DNA of 63,271 nt, filler included, from Stramenopiles sp. TOSAG23-6 (lineage: Eukaryota): NCBI GenBank assembly GCA_900128565.1. It is 21 parts of 21 records of this genome, joined end to end, with 100 filler letters (N's around TTAATTAATTAA, not from the genome) between each part and the next. Parts side by side here need not be neighbours in the genome. Positions count along the whole stretch, not along the records: positions 39,355 to 42,266 come from LT637748.1; positions 42,367 to 45,274 come from LT637750.1; positions 45,375 to 48,280 come from LT637751.1; positions 48,381 to 51,285 come from LT637752.1; positions 51,386 to 54,288 come from LT637753.1; positions 54,389 to 57,285 come from LT637754.1; 15 more parts are not named here. One strand, 5' to 3'. The notes under the pieces are model-generated. The model worked only from the letters and a program-made list of their open reading frames with translations, ran no database searches and was not told where the DNA came from. Shown here piece after piece: positions 40,831 to 54,499 of this stretch (the first letter of the stretch is position 1; every line of letters starts with the position of its first letter). Made by a program: the position numbers and the translations under genes.

Positions 40831-42266
40831 TTTTCAATAAGATTAAATCAAATGAAACTATGTACGACACTTGCTTCTTTTGATCATTCGACGTATTTCA
40901 ATTTAATGGTTCGATACAATTGTCAACATTATTAATTTAGAGGTTTATAATAGCCCATTCGTATAGAGGAGCGGACGACATCACGATTTCAGATTCATCA
41001 TCACGATTATTTCAGAATTTTCGGTTCTCAAAATTTTCTCAAATCTTTCGAAGGCGTACGATTTCAGATTATTCTCAAAGATTTATTCGTAAAGCACCAA
41101 CATTGTTTCAATTTCGAATAAGGAAATCCAGGATGACGATATTCTTTACAATAATCTTTAGCCTATATTTCGTTTTCATAATAGATGTCTATAGTTTAAA
41201 AAAAACTCCACCTTTGCGCCCACCAGAGGCATATGAAAAGCCAAAGCCTGGACAACACATGGGTATGATGAGGTTATTGCACAATATGTATGAACGAGAA
41301 AAGCCAGTTGAAACTCTGAGTGTCCCATGTGATCCTCCTCAGCTAGTGCAAAAAACTGCTCACTTTTGCGTCGCCCAGAAAATAGCACCTGAAGGTTGTC
41401 TTCGTATGATCAAAGAAGTGCAAACACGGTGTACGCAACATGGGGGTAAAGGTCGCTATGAGCAAAAATTTGAGTTAAACAGAAGCGTTGTCGTACCTGT
41501 AGTTCTCCCAGATGATGTTTCTTTTACCGTAGAGTTTTTTAATGATTCAAATCCAAAGTCTATTGCACTTGAAGTTTGCACTAAATTACACTTATCAGCA
41601 AGTGACGAAAGATGTATGCAAATGGCAAATTTTTTTGAGAGTAAAGTAGAAGAAAGTTGCTGGGAGTTGGGACATTGTGAGCATATGCCTCCAAAAACCG
41701 TTGAATTTTATCGTCAATATGGATATTCAACGGGTGATGCACAAAATAATCGGAAAGGGAAAAAAAATAAAAAACGTAAAAATATAAAAATTCCACAGAA
41801 ATATGCTCAAAAAGGTCCAAAAAATCAAACTTCAACAACAGTTGGCTATGCAGAAGAAAGTAAGAAAAAAGATTCAACTTCTTCAAATTTAAGTTCAAAT
41901 TCAAGTAGAGGCATAAAAGATGAAATATTAACTCTTCCTGATGTTGTTCAAGATTTGGATACTGTACCCAAATCTCGAAAAGAGCAAGCAGCAGCCGCAC
42001 AGATTATCTTTGACTGGCCGAAAGAAGGCATGGTACGTTTTTTTCATTTCAATTTAAATTTAAATTTCGAATTATTATTTTTTTTTTCTTACACTGTAAA
42101 ATTCATACATTCATTTCATACCTACTGAATTTCAAGCTGTAAAACATATTTTTTACAATAAATGTTTATCATGTCGATGCTATTCGCTTAGCTTTGCAAA
42201 TGTATGTTTTATTTTTTTTTTACAAAAAAATCGAATTTATTTTTCGTACGAAATTTTGTACCTAAC
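39355..42266. repeat. Exact duplicate of contig 33330-36242 (TKL kinase plus secreted protein)
   Basis: Identical ORFs offset by 6025 nt, same single N. Confidence 0.95.
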
Positions 42267-42366
42267 NNNNNNNNNNNNNNNNNNNNNNNNNNNNNNNNNN
42301 NNNNNNNNNNTTAATTAATTAANNNNNNNNNNNNNNNNNNNNNNNNNNNNNNNNNNNNNNNNNNNN

Positions 42367-43794
42367 CTCAAATATATTACATAAATGAACCAAGACTTCC
42401 CACGTTTCAAACCAGTGGAAAAGAAAGTCTTAGAAATCCCTCGAGCGAACTTACGGTGACATCCCACAATGCAGCTTATGTGTGCTATACGAAAGATTCG
42501 AGTAATCCAAATTGTGGAAAAAACCAAACATGCACTACAGGCATTACAAGTTTGCCTATGCCAGGAGCGGTTTTATTTGATCTCGGAACAATAAACCGGG
42601 ATACTCTTTTTAAAGTAGTCGGCTGCCCATCTACAAGAGGAATACCGCCACCACAACAATCGGATGTATCACAAGTACAATATTATCTTGATGCAGGAGA
42701 AATAGTTTTTCAACCCAGCAGTACTTTTTCTCTTTTAATCATGAATCCTTGTTTCATTTTTTTCGTATGAAATTTTGTACCTAACAAATTTTTCTTTGTA
42801 AAATATTCTTTTATCTTACTGCTACTAAAGAGGCCCTCAAAAACCCAAGTGTAATTACAATATCATCTGATAACTCAAAAGCGATTTGCTATTCAATGGA
42901 TGAAAATAGTCTACCAAGTTGTTCAAGTAATGGATCAGCATGCACTTTGGGCACAAATGTAGAAGCTCATGGTCTTATCTCTTTGTCGAAGAGCGGTACT
43001 GTATGTTTTCACTATTTTTTTTAAATTTCATTTTTTTTTTCCAAAGTTTATCCCTTACGATATTTTTTACGATTTTTTTTACGAAAAAAAAAAATATATA
43101 TATTTTCACAATAACGATATATGCAGTTGGTTGTGTCGATACAACTCTTCCAGGTAAACCTAATCATTCCAAAGTTGGAAGTCAATCTTATACACTCATG
43201 CCAGGAGCAGTTCAGTTTAGTCCTAAAGAAGGTAGTGTTGCAAACCCGACAACGATTACAGTCTCGTGTGGTGCGGAATCGCCAGATAAACATAATATTT
43301 GCTATACGGTAAACAGTAACTCCAAAACTGAAATCACTGATGCAGAATGTGCTACGGATGGTGGGTCATGTACCAATGGAACATTGGTTCCGGAAAGTGG
43401 TATTGTAATAACAGAGGAAACGACCTTGAGTGCACAATGCTGTATGAATACGACAAAAATAAAACCCGCATCGGAAATTCCAGTAGCTACTATATTGTAT
43501 ACGATTGGAGCATCAAATGCAATACTTGAAACGGATGCGGGAGATCGCGTTCTTAAAGGTACAATCATTACTATTTGTCTTTTATGTATGTTTTGTTGTC
43601 CTGGATTTTAGTTTTTTGTACCAAATTTCCTACTAACAACAATTTTTATTTTTTATTTTTACAATACATTCATCCCCGTCATTATGATATTTACATGTCC
43701 GCGATACCTTACCCCAAATTACGACCCACCAGAATGGTGGGATGAAGCGTATGATAGTGAAGATGACAATGGAACTGAGAGTAAAGATAAATAA
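42367..43794 (+). CDS. Single-pass membrane protein with Fn3-associated/CHB_HEX_C-like repeats, 5'-partial; introns 42721-42821, 43001-43116, 43586-43669
   Basis: Repeats VCYTKDSSNP / ICYSMDENSLP / ICYTVNS; TM segment IITICLLFIPVIMIF after splicing. Confidence 0.55.
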
Positions 43795-44067
43795 ATAATG
43801 ACTGTGAGAGTAAAGCTAAATAAATATGTTAGATCATATCCGCAAAAAAAAACTACAACCCATTAGATACTATTGATAAATAGAATAGTAAAAAAAAAAC
43901 ATTGTAAAACAAAAAGTTATAATTTGTATATTAGTTTCGTACTATATTTTTATTATATACATAAATAAAATGGTACTTAAATGACTAGCCATTACTATTG
44001 GTCTTTTATGTATGTTTTTTTTCCTAAACTTTTTTTTTGTACCAAATTTCGTACCTATTAAACAAAT

Positions 44068-45078
44068 TATTGAGCACAGCCAAATAAGGCGGCAGCTAAT
44101 TCTTCTATTAAAATTTCTGCTTCTTGTCTTGTTGGATGATTCATATATTTTATCCAACTAGCATCAAATAGTTTCTTCAAATGTGAACTAAACATAATAT
44201 TTCCTTCATGTTTTGTAGAAATATATATATATTTTAAAANAAAAAAAATTAGGTTAGGTACAAACTTTCATAGAAATATATATATACATATTTCGTGTAA
44301 AAAAAAAAAAATACAATATCCTCTTCCACATGAGTACCCATTAATCGAATCACTGCCTCCGCTAAAAAATGTTCAGTACGCCCAGGTTGAATCATAGTAA
44401 TATTTTTAGGTAGTGAAATGTTTGTTGCTGCTTCCTCTGTGACATCTAAAGACATTAGGTTTAGGTTTGTCGGATGAGTTCCACCACCACCGCTTATATA
44501 CTGTGAAAAAATATTTCAAACTTTTTACATTTTTGTTAGGTATGAAATTTCGTACGAAATGTTTTTTTTTTTTTTTTTTTGTAGACGTACATATACTGTG
44601 TTGAGGATTCTGTTGACATTGTCGATTGTCTTGAAACAGAATTGTTAGAGTTAGACGACAAAGTATTGGATCGGTTACTCCGATTCCCCATATATTTTGG
44701 AAAAATATTAAAAAAAAAAATTCTAAAAAATTTGTTAGGTACAAAATGTACTATAAAAAATAAATTCGATTTTTTTGTAAAAAAATAAAATGAAACATAC
44801 ATTATTGTCAACCGACGTTCGAATTCATTTGTTCGAGTTCTGCTTCGTCTTCTCTGTGCAGATTTTCTATAATTTCGTCTTTTGTCACTCATCATTTCCA
44901 AAATTTTACGTAAAATTGACTTAGATGCTGGAAGTCCTTCTGCGTTTAACACCATTCGATTCGTACTCTTTGCACGAATTCCAGAGAGGCCACGGGACGG
45001 TGCACGTTGATGTCCNAATAACGTCGATTTAAAACTGTCTGCTCTTGCAAAACGACGAGAGTCCAAATCTTCAAACCA
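44068..45078 (-). CDS. Uncharacterized protein, 5'-partial, three family introns
   Basis: Exons join in frame to ...ELAAALFGCAQ*. Confidence 0.55.
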
Positions 45079-45180
45079 TGTACGTTGTAGAAATATTATA
45101 CAAAAATACATTAGAGTTAAATACATTATGAAATGGTATACATGAAAACTGTATATACACTTTGAATAAATTTTTTTTAC

Positions 45181-45219
<39 letters not shown>

Positions 45220-45374
45220 TTTTTTTTTTTTTGAAAAAATTTTTTTCCAAAAAAATTTTTTTTTTTTTTTTTTTNNNNNNNNNNNNNNNNNNNNNNNNNN
45301 NNNNNNNNNNNNNNNNNNTTAATTAATTAANNNNNNNNNNNNNNNNNNNNNNNNNNNNNNNNNNNNNNNNNNNN

Positions 45375-45844
45375 ATGGTAATCCTGATAAGGGTATGACA
45401 AGAAGTAAACGTGACTGTAACAATGAACGTCTCAAGGGCTGTTCGTGGAACAAAACGGTTGGTTACTGTGCACCACAAAAAAACCAAAAAGAACAACCAG
45501 TTAAAATTAAATCAGAAGAACAGTGTCGATTTAAGACTGATCAGGATGGTAAACTAAACAAAAGGAAGCAAAGAGGGAAGAGAGGTAATGATGGATGTAC
45601 TTTTATGCAACGAGAAGGCTGTGAATGGAACTTTGAAAAAAAATATTGTAGTGCATCGGCACATCGTGCAATTTGTATAAGACAAGGACAATCTCGAGAG
45701 TTATGCGATGACTTGAAATTCAAACAATGTCAATGGAACGAAGACAAAAAGTACTGTGGTGTATCACAAAGTTCACAAGGTCGAAGACAAGACAGACAAA
45801 AACGCAGGATGATGAAAGCTCGAAATTCCGGAAGACGGCGTTAG
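45375..45844 (+). CDS. Cys-rich repeat protein C-terminus
   Basis: Three repeats CxWNxxxxYC. Confidence 0.6.
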
Positions 45845-46258
45845 TTAGTTACTTAGTTAGAGAGAATGTAATGAATTGAGTGAATTTTTTGTCTGTAAAT
45901 GACGGCTTGCAAATGCTTGCAAATGACCGCAAATGATCCGAAATAACGTCAACCATTTTTATGGCAAACGAAACCATGAACATATGTATTGAAATGTATA
46001 AAATGAAATGTTCAAAATTTGAATTTATTAATATATATACATCATATACATCTCCTCAAAAATCCGCAAAAATCAATGAGAAATCCCGGTATAAATCCGG
46101 GTAAATTTTAATTCTGATAACCGCTAAACGATAAACTATATATATACATAAACATAGTCCTCAACACAACACTCAACACATCTCGANNNNNTACCCGGTA
46201 TCGTTGCTATTATAATTATATAGCCTACGTACCGGACAGACCTGCGTCTGAATCTTTT

Positions 46259-46762
46259 TTACTTTCGAGTCTTAACAACTCCAAATACACCAGCGATGAT
46301 GTACATTATACTTGAAACAATTTCAAGGATAATACTTGCCCCAATTGTGTTTTCTACTGTACTTGAGGAGCTTTTATCAAGTTCATGTATGGTATTTGCC
46401 CAGGAAGCGAGAACACAAAATGGGGCAATTGAGGCAAAAAAACTGAAATAAATCCACCCAGGAGAAGTTGAGACCCTTGACTCAAATACCATATCAGGTG
46501 TCATCATTAAAAAAACATTAGAACATAATCCAAAGAGTAATGCAGTTATACTTAATGCCATATATACTGCACCAAAATCTTTTGCTTCGATATCATCATA
46601 ACCAAGCGTTTTCGAATAACCACTTTGTTTATATTCAGTTTTGACAACCTTGTCAACAGCCAATGCAACAATCATGAGTAAGTTTGCAATAGCAAGTACA
46701 CCCACGGGNNNNNNNNNNNNNNNNNCCATATTCTTTTGTACATTATTTTGTATACCTTTCAT
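46259..46762 (-). CDS. Small four-TM membrane protein (claudin-like topology)
   Basis: Four hydrophobic segments in 167 aa. Confidence 0.5.
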   Translation of the reverse strand: MKGIQNNVQKNMXXXXXXPVGVLAIANLLMIVALAVDKVVKTEYKQSGYSKTLGYDDIEAKDFGAVYMALSITALLFGLCSNVFLMMTPDMVFESRVSTSPGWIYFSFFASIAPFCVLASWANTIHELDKSSSSTVENTIGASIILEIVSSIMYIIAGVFGVVKTRK

Positions 46763-47104
46763 TTTTCAAAGCATTTAATTTTTACAATAATAGTCAGTAA
46801 CTTCTACCACACCAATTAAGATAAAAATGATCATCGATGATCATGACCCGACGAGTCGACGACGACGTGTGTAACTGACAGAAAGCAATTTTTCCGAATT
46901 TTTCTTTGATAGTTTTAACTATGAAAATCCGTACCAAAAGATTTTTTTTTGAATTTCAAATTGAAGGAAATCCGAAAATCTAAATCGACTCGAGGCCGAC
47001 AAAAAAAAGACAAACTCAATTAAAAAATCTTCTTCCATCATATTATTATTATTGGAAATGAATGATATGCTTCCATAACAATTCTTCTTCAGACTATTTT
47101 ATAA

Positions 47105-48280
47105 ATGCTATCAAATGCCACATTTGAGCTATTCCCTTCAGATCCATTGTGGGCCATTCATTGTCCTTTACCCTTTGGTGTACTTGTCGAACCATGTGTA
47201 AAATTGAATACGGACGATGAAGTACCACCACACGACGAACCGGTTCGCTGCAAAAATTGTAAAGCAGTGTATAGTAAATACTGTTCTGTATCAGCTACAG
47301 AAAGTTGCTGGACGTGTATATTTTGTGATAATAATAATGTTGGAAATCCTAGTCAATTTAAATCAAATACAGATGGCATAGCAAAACCAAACTGTAGCTT
47401 AATCTATCCAAAATTGAACGAAGAAGTTATAAAATATAAGCAAGATAGTTGTGNNNNNNNNNNNNNNNNNNNNNNNNNNNNNNNNNNNNNNNNNNNNNNN
47501 NNNNNNNNNNNNNNNNNNNNNNNNNNNNNNNNNNNNNNNNNNNNNNNNNNNNNNNNNNNNNNNNNNNNNNNNNNNNNNNNNNNNNNNNNNNNNNNNNNNN
47601 NNNNNNNNNNNNNNNNNNNNNNNNNNNNNNNNNNNNNNNNNNNNNNNNNNNNNNNNNNNNNNNNNNNNNNNNNNNNNNNNNNNNNNNNNNNNCTAAATCG
47701 TAAAAGGTATACAGTCAATAGTAGTAATAATATTATTGAAGCAGACTTTTATAGTGGCTATTTATCTCCTGAAAAAAATGAACTCAATTATATTAGTGAA
47801 AAAAGTAAATTATGTGACGGCTGGTTCGAGAAGGGAGAAGACACAAATATAACAGATAGTCAATATTTTACTTCTCGTGATTTATCAATTCCAATTATAA
47901 ATAACATATTTAATGTACTCAGTGAAGGGAAAGGGCTTGGAATGGTTGCTGTGGAGTCTTGTTCTGTTTCAGAAGATGACGAGGAAAAAGAAACGAATAC
48001 TCCAATGAATAAAAAGTTAGCTCGACGTAAAGAGAGAAAAAAATTAAGAAAAATAGGGAAACGTAAAATGCGCCAAAAGCGATGTCTTGGAGTTGCATTA
48101 GAGATTGCACTTTGTATGGTCAAAGGAGCAGGGTGTAGGAAGTCGTCAAGCACAAATATTTCAAATAATCATTATAATAATAATAATAATAATAATAATA
48201 GAAGTGGCGAAAATAATAATAATAGTAAAAGTGGCCATATACTTTTAATATCATCAGGTACCTGTAATTATGGCCCAGGT
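47105..48280 (+). CDS. Sec23/Sec24-family protein, 3'-partial
   Basis: LPFGVLVEP, PVRCKNCKA..WTCIFC zinc finger, RCLGVAL, SGTCNYGPG. Confidence 0.8.
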
Positions 48281-48386
48281 NNNNNNNNNNNNNNNNNNNN
48301 NNNNNNNNNNNNNNNNNNNNNNNNTTAATTAATTAANNNNNNNNNNNNNNNNNNNNNNNNNNNNNNNNNNNNNNNNNNNNCCTGCC

Positions 48387-49307
48387 ATGGAAGAGTTAAA
48401 TGAAACGGACGCAACCGTTTTTACCCCTGAAGAAGGGGATGAAGAAAGTCCGACTTTGATGGATATTATGTATCCAGTAGAATTGTTAACTCGTTTTCTC
48501 TCTGTACCTGATATGGTATCACTTTCCGCTACAAATAAAGCGATGCGTGAGCGTGTCAGTGACAATGCTAAGTCAATGATTACGAAATTTGCCAGAGAAG
48601 TTGGACGATACACTGGTGAAGAACAAATAAAAGATTCTTCCGAAAACACAGAAGGCGAAACTTCATTAAAAATGTTATATCGTATACAAAGGATTGAAGA
48701 AATGGTTTCTCGAATTTCTAATCACTTCAAAGCAACAACAAACACTCTTACAAAGAAAGAAAACGAAAGCCGTGATGTTTGGCTAAACCGTATAGAAAGC
48801 ACATTATTGGAAAGGCAAGCTTTGACTGCGTTGTATAATAATACGAATGGAGATAACTGGAAGCGTAAAGATTATTGGAACACAGATGTGAATATTTGTA
48901 TGTGGTATGGAGTCACATGTACTGAAGGAAGTGTTACTAAATTAGATTTGTCATTCAACAACCTTTCTGATTCAATTCCAACTGAAATTGGTCAACTAAC
49001 AAATCTCAATTCTTTGAGTTTGGAAAAGAACAAACTATCTGGAGCAATACCAACGGAAATTGGTCAACTAATAAAGCTCCAATATTTGGCCTTGGACGAA
49101 AACCAACTAAGTAGTTCAATACCAACGGAAATTGGTCAATTAACAAAGCTCAGAAAATTGTACTTGCATAATAACCAACTATCTGGTCCATTTCCAAAGG
49201 AATTTGGTCAACTAATAAATCTCAGACTTTTGTACTTGTACGGCAACAAACTATCTGGTTCAATACCAACCGAAATTGGTCACCTAACAAATCTTCGAAT
49301 AAGTTAA
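48387..49307 (+). CDS. Leucine-rich repeat protein (LSGxIPTEIGQL type), intronless
   Basis: ERQALTALYNNTNGDNW..CMWYGVTC cap plus five 24-aa LRRs. Confidence 0.9.
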   Translation: MEELNETDATVFTPEEGDEESPTLMDIMYPVELLTRFLSVPDMVSLSATNKAMRERVSDNAKSMITKFAREVGRYTGEEQIKDSSENTEGETSLKMLYRIQRIEEMVSRISNHFKATTNTLTKKENESRDVWLNRIESTLLERQALTALYNNTNGDNWKRKDYWNTDVNICMWYGVTCTEGSVTKLDLSFNNLSDSIPTEIGQLTNLNSLSLEKNKLSGAIPTEIGQLIKLQYLALDENQLSSSIPTEIGQLTKLRKLYLHNNQLSGPFPKEFGQLINLRLLYLYGNKLSGSIPTEIGHLTNLRIS

Positions 49308-49761
49308 ATGGTACAAATAATACACATCTGTTGTAAATAAAAATAACCAGCCTAAACTAACAATGTTCAATAGTACAACGAATTATTCAACATATTAAAA
49401 CTTAAAAGGATAGTCTTAAAATATATTTATATTACACTACTATATCAATTATACCCGAATCTCATATAATAATATCCACTACATTATTATATGTATTATT
49501 ATATACTACAAATAATACGCCATATATATCAAATCCTCAAGAAACAATAACCCTAACCCTAANCCAACCCCACAGATTACCCCCCCGCAGCGCGTCTACA
49601 CGCGGTGCAAAAAAGAGATTTTGAATCTAAATCGAAATCGCTAAAATCGAATCTCTCAAAAAATTAAGAAGGGTCAAAAGAAGAATGCTCTTATTTTTGA
49701 TAATTAGTGATTATGTAGTACGGGTACCGTCAAGGTACCAAAAGCAACATTTGTAAAGAGT

Positions 49762-51200
49762 ATGAAGGTAAAGATATCTCAATTCATCCCATTTCGTGTA
49801 ATAAAAAACAAAATAAATGTAAAAAGGTCTACGTTTGCTGGGATATCTTTTGGAGTTACCGCCGCATATTCTTTGAGTTGTTCATACCAAGCCAAATGTG
49901 CATTTTGTGAATCAACCCAAACTGAACTTGAACTTGAACCTGAACCTTGGAAAAACGCAATCAAACAAATTTGGAACCCTCCCCCGTTTACACTTTCTGG
50001 TGATAGATTTGACCAATCTTGTTTCATAGGTCGCGCTTTACATTTCTTTAATGTTTTAGCTGATTTCCGTACACTATTTGTAAGTGATGAAGAACTTCAA
50101 AATTCGAAAACATTACTCAAAGATTTTGCTTCAAAATGTGAAAAGTCTAATATAACACCGTTAGAGAATATTAAGCTATGGAGAGCACGAAAGGTTAAAG
50201 AAGCGTGTATACATCCAGAGACAGGTGAAATCATTCCTCCTTTATTCCGGTTTTCAGCCTTTGCTCCAGTTAATATCCCAATGTTTTTCTCATTTTTTAC
50301 ATTTTTACGAAATTTTTTTTTTCGTACGAAATTTTATACCTAACAAAAAAACAATCTTACAATTTGTTTGAAATATTTTTTCAAAATTCATAACAGCAGG
50401 TCTTCTGATTCCTAATGCTCAACCTTTAACGGTTTTGTTCTGGCAATGGCTTAACCAAAGCTATAATGTGGTTTGTTGTCAAAATTGCATCTTTTACCAA
50501 TTTTTTTTTTTTTTGTGTAGTCGTTTGTATTTTTTTTTTTTTTTTTTACTATAAAAAATTTGTACCAAACGAAAAAAAAAAAATATTTTTTCACAATATT
50601 TGGTNNNNNNNNNNNNNNNNNNNNNNNNNNNNNNNNNNNNNNNNNNNNNNNNNNNNNNNNNNNNNNNNNNNNNNNNNNNNNNNNNNNNNNNNNNNNNNNN
50701 NNNNNNNNNNNNNNNNNTTTTCCCCATTGTCTTCAAATTTCATTTTTTTTTTTTTTTTTTTTTCATACAAAATTTTGTACCTAACGAAAAAAAAAATTTT
50801 GAAATATTTTTTCATCGTATATTGTATATCCAAATTAGCCACAAAAAGAGGATTAGGTGGTCCCACATTAACACAAGCTATTCGAGTTAGTGTTCCTTTT
50901 ATTTCCGTTTCTGCAGGTTGTTGTATCAACCTTATTTTGTATGTTTTCATGATGATTTTTTTTTTCTACCCATTTTGAAATTGGAAATTTTTTAAAAAAA
51001 ATCGATTTTTTTTTTTTTTTTTAAAACGTTTCAGAATTCATCCTAAAATTTTTTTTTTTTTTTTTTTTTTTTTACCAAACATGACACGATATCAAGATAT
51101 AACCGAAGGAATCAATATTTTTCATTCTACTACTGGTGAATATTTAGGTAAAAGTAAAAAAGCAGGTTTAATTGCCATACGAAATTGTTGTGAGGCCCGA
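49762..51200 (+). CDS. Sideroflexin (mitochondrial carrier family), 3'-partial, several family introns
   Basis: RFDQSCFIGRALHFF, HPETGE..FRFSAFAPVNIP-ITAGLL, FWQWLNQSYN, GKSKKAG. Confidence 0.9.
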
Positions 51201-51455
51201 CGGATGTTTTATTTTTTTTTAAATTCGAGTTTTTTTTTCGTACGAAATTTTGTACCTAACGATTTTTTTTTGAAATATTTTTCCANNNNNNNNNNNNNNN
51301 NNNNNNNNNNNNNNNNNNNNNNNNNNNNNTTAATTAATTAANNNNNNNNNNNNNNNNNNNNNNNNNNNNNNNNNNNNNNNNNNNNAAAAAAAAATCGTTA
51401 GGTACAAAATTTCGTACGAAAAAAAAAACGAATTTGAAAAAAAAATAAAACATAC

Positions 51456-52139
51456 ATGATATGACATTGTATTTACAAAGAGATTAGGGTTTGACTTCAT
51501 TATTTCTACATCAACCCAAGGAGTGAATAAATTAAATGGATAGGAAGTTCCTTGATCTACAAAAGCATCAAATCCCCACACGCCAATGTCCTCACTCACC
51601 GTGTAATTGCCACCCATAGACTTTTGCATTTTGTCCATTAATTGTGTAAACCATTTGGCTTCGTCCCGAGATACAATGCCTCCACGACCCCACCATTTCT
51701 TAGGCAAGTGAAAGGGTCCACGTTCATCATCACCTTCATGATCAAACTCAATACCTTGAATGTTTGGTCCACAACTTCTCACCGCAGGGCCAAGTGTTTT
51801 AATATATCTTTGGCAGTATGATATAGTCGTTGAATTAGTATCTCTCCATTTGCAATGGCCAAAGTTACCGCCGAGTGTTACAGTTTTTCCATGGAGTCTT
51901 GCCAAGTCCAACGCCTTTGTGAACGCGACATCCGAAAAATCGCACCCTAAGGCTGTCCCATTCTCTGATACCTGTAATCCTCCTACAGTTATGGTGGAAT
52001 AAACGCTCCAGTTTATTTGCTCAAGAGGAAAGTTAGTAAAATTTTGACCAACGTACCATCCAACAACGTCAAAAGCATGAACTTGGATATCTTGGAGAGG
52101 TAAAAATAATGTTAATAATAGCAACATTATGTGTGGCAT
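51456..52139 (-). CDS. Secreted GH18 chitinase-like glycoside hydrolase, first exon
   Basis: Signal peptide, VVGWY, INWSVYSTI, GIEFDHE (DxDxE-like), VNTMSY. Confidence 0.6.
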
Positions 52140-52527
52140 GGTAATAACTCGATATTATGAATTCGGTTTGAAATGCTCACCTCAATTTAGGCTGTATATG
52201 TTGTTGTTTTTCGCTCTTTGTCTGTGTCTCCCTCTCCTGCTAAAAATTAGTAGTTCAACTACTTGCAATTGATGCCTTTGATGATGACGCAGCTGACAAT
52301 CGTGTCTCTCAAAAAAAATTATGAGGAACAAACCTGTTTTGTCGTTTTTATGGATCAATTTTTGTGTGCACTCCTTCTTTACCTTGATGTCATTTTGATT
52401 CATTGGCTGTCGTTGTCCGTACTACTACACGTATAGCTACGTAGTACTTTAGAATTGAAAAGAACACAAATATAAACGAATACGATACTTCTTATTGTTT
52501 GCGCGTACATTGTTGATCAATTATCGA

Positions 52528-53948
52528 ATGGTCCTCATGCTGTTACGATTACTTCAAACGTGTTTAAGTGTAATTACTTTGCTCTCGCTCACTCAAGGTC
52601 CGACGCTTGTCAACGCTTCTGATGGTGCTGCCCCTGAGCCTAACTACAGTACGGAACAGCAATTTTATGTGAACTTGGGTAAAGAGTATTCTCTCTTTAA
52701 AGATTCTAAAAAAGACCATGCAAATCTACTACGAACGAAGTTTAAGCTTGACACATATATGCTTTTTTTTGCTGAGGAAACCAAGCCCGAGAAGAAATTC
52801 GATGCACGTTTNAAAAAGTTTGAAAAAGACTACACACGCAAGACTAAAGACTTTAAGGACGCTTACGAAAAAAAGTATGCTTTTTTCACCATCAATTCCG
52901 CCGCATGCGCAATGGGCGATGATCATAATTGCTGCCAACGTTATTTTAAAAAACAAAAGTGTCCACTTGAAGTCGTTAATTTATCTACTCTCAACAAAGA
53001 TGGAGTGGAAGCCCCAGAATGGTCAACGATACTTCTTGAATTAGAAGACTTTAAAACAACACTTCAAACAGATGATGAAAGTAAAATTGAAGAAAAATTT
53101 GATGCAGATGTTGAGGAATTTGATAGAATCAACGACAAGCTACATGCTTTCAAAGATTTAGACAAATTCCATGAAATATTGGATATTTTTGAAGGCGATG
53201 AAGGCATGGAAAGCATAAGAGACACGATTGAAAAAGACCACATGAATCAATTGCCTGAGGGTTGGGAACACGAAGTGGAACATCACAAAAATGCTCGAAA
53301 AGCTCAAGAAAAAGCCAAAAAAGCCGAAAAAATCGAAAAAGCCAAAAAAGCGCGTAAAAAACTACGTTACGCAGGAGCAAAAGTAAGCGAAGCGTTGAAA
53401 AGGCTTAAACGGGAGGAAGAACGAAAATCATTAGATGACTTACGACGTGACAATTATCGATTTAAGCACGAAACCCAGTTAGGGAAAACAAATGATGATA
53501 CATGTATGTTTTTTTTTTTTTTAAATTTCGAATATAATTTTTTTTCGTACGAAATTTTGTACCTAACGATTTTTTGTATGAGAAAAAAAAATTTTCACAA
53601 AATATGCTGGGAAGGAGTTTGTTTAATGAAACGTTATCCACTGGGTGGTTTGCCAACTGTGTATCTTTTAATCATTACAAAATCAATATTTATGTCTAAT
53701 ATTTTGTTTTTTGTTTTAAATGGTGTTTTTAGAAAAAAAATTTGGAATTTTTTTTAGAAATTTTTTTTAGAATTTATTTTTTAGAATTTATTTTTTAGAA
53801 TTTTTTTTTAGAATTTTTTTTTAGAATTTTTTTAGATTTTTTTTTAGAATTTTTTTAAAGGATGTTTTAGAGTTTTTTAAAACAATTTTTAGGATTACTA
53901 TTTTCGAATGTTGTACAATTTGGATTTACATTCAAATACATAAATTTA

Positions 53949-53996
<48 letters not shown>

Positions 53997-54190
53997 TATT
54001 TTCATAATTTTATATTTCTAACAATATGTAAAGCGAAGAGAATTAACTCGAGAAGAAATTCAAAACCGAATAAAAGAAGATCCATGGGATGATGAGGACT
54101 TTTTTGAAGACGTCAAAATGGATCTAAAAGATCATGATCCTACAAATGTCGAAGTTGGTGTCAATGGAAGTGTTTGTGCTACGAATATAC
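52528..54190 (+). CDS. Uncharacterized secreted or membrane protein, 3'-partial
   Basis: Signal-like N-terminus, long ORF, family introns from 53504 and 53661. Confidence 0.55.
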
Positions 54191-54499
54191 GTATGTTTTT
54201 TTGTTTTTTTTTTTTACAAAAAAAAAAAATCGATTTTTTTTTTTTGGTAAAAAAATTTTGTACCTAACAAATTTTCAAATTTTTTTTTNNNNNNNNNNNN
54301 NNNNNNNNNNNNNNNNNNNNNNNNNNNNNNNNTTAATTAATTAANNNNNNNNNNNNNNNNNNNNNNNNNNNNNNNNNNNNNNNNNNNNTTTTGGAAAAAG
54401 TATTTAAAAAAAAAAACAAATTTGTTAGGTAAAAAATTTCCTACAAAATTTCCTAAAAAAAAAAAAAAAAATTCAATTTTTTTGTAAAAAAAAAATAAA

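Noticed and set aside
39355-42266. Recent gene duplication of the TKL kinase locus
   Set aside because: Separate contig identical even at the N position; assembly redundancy
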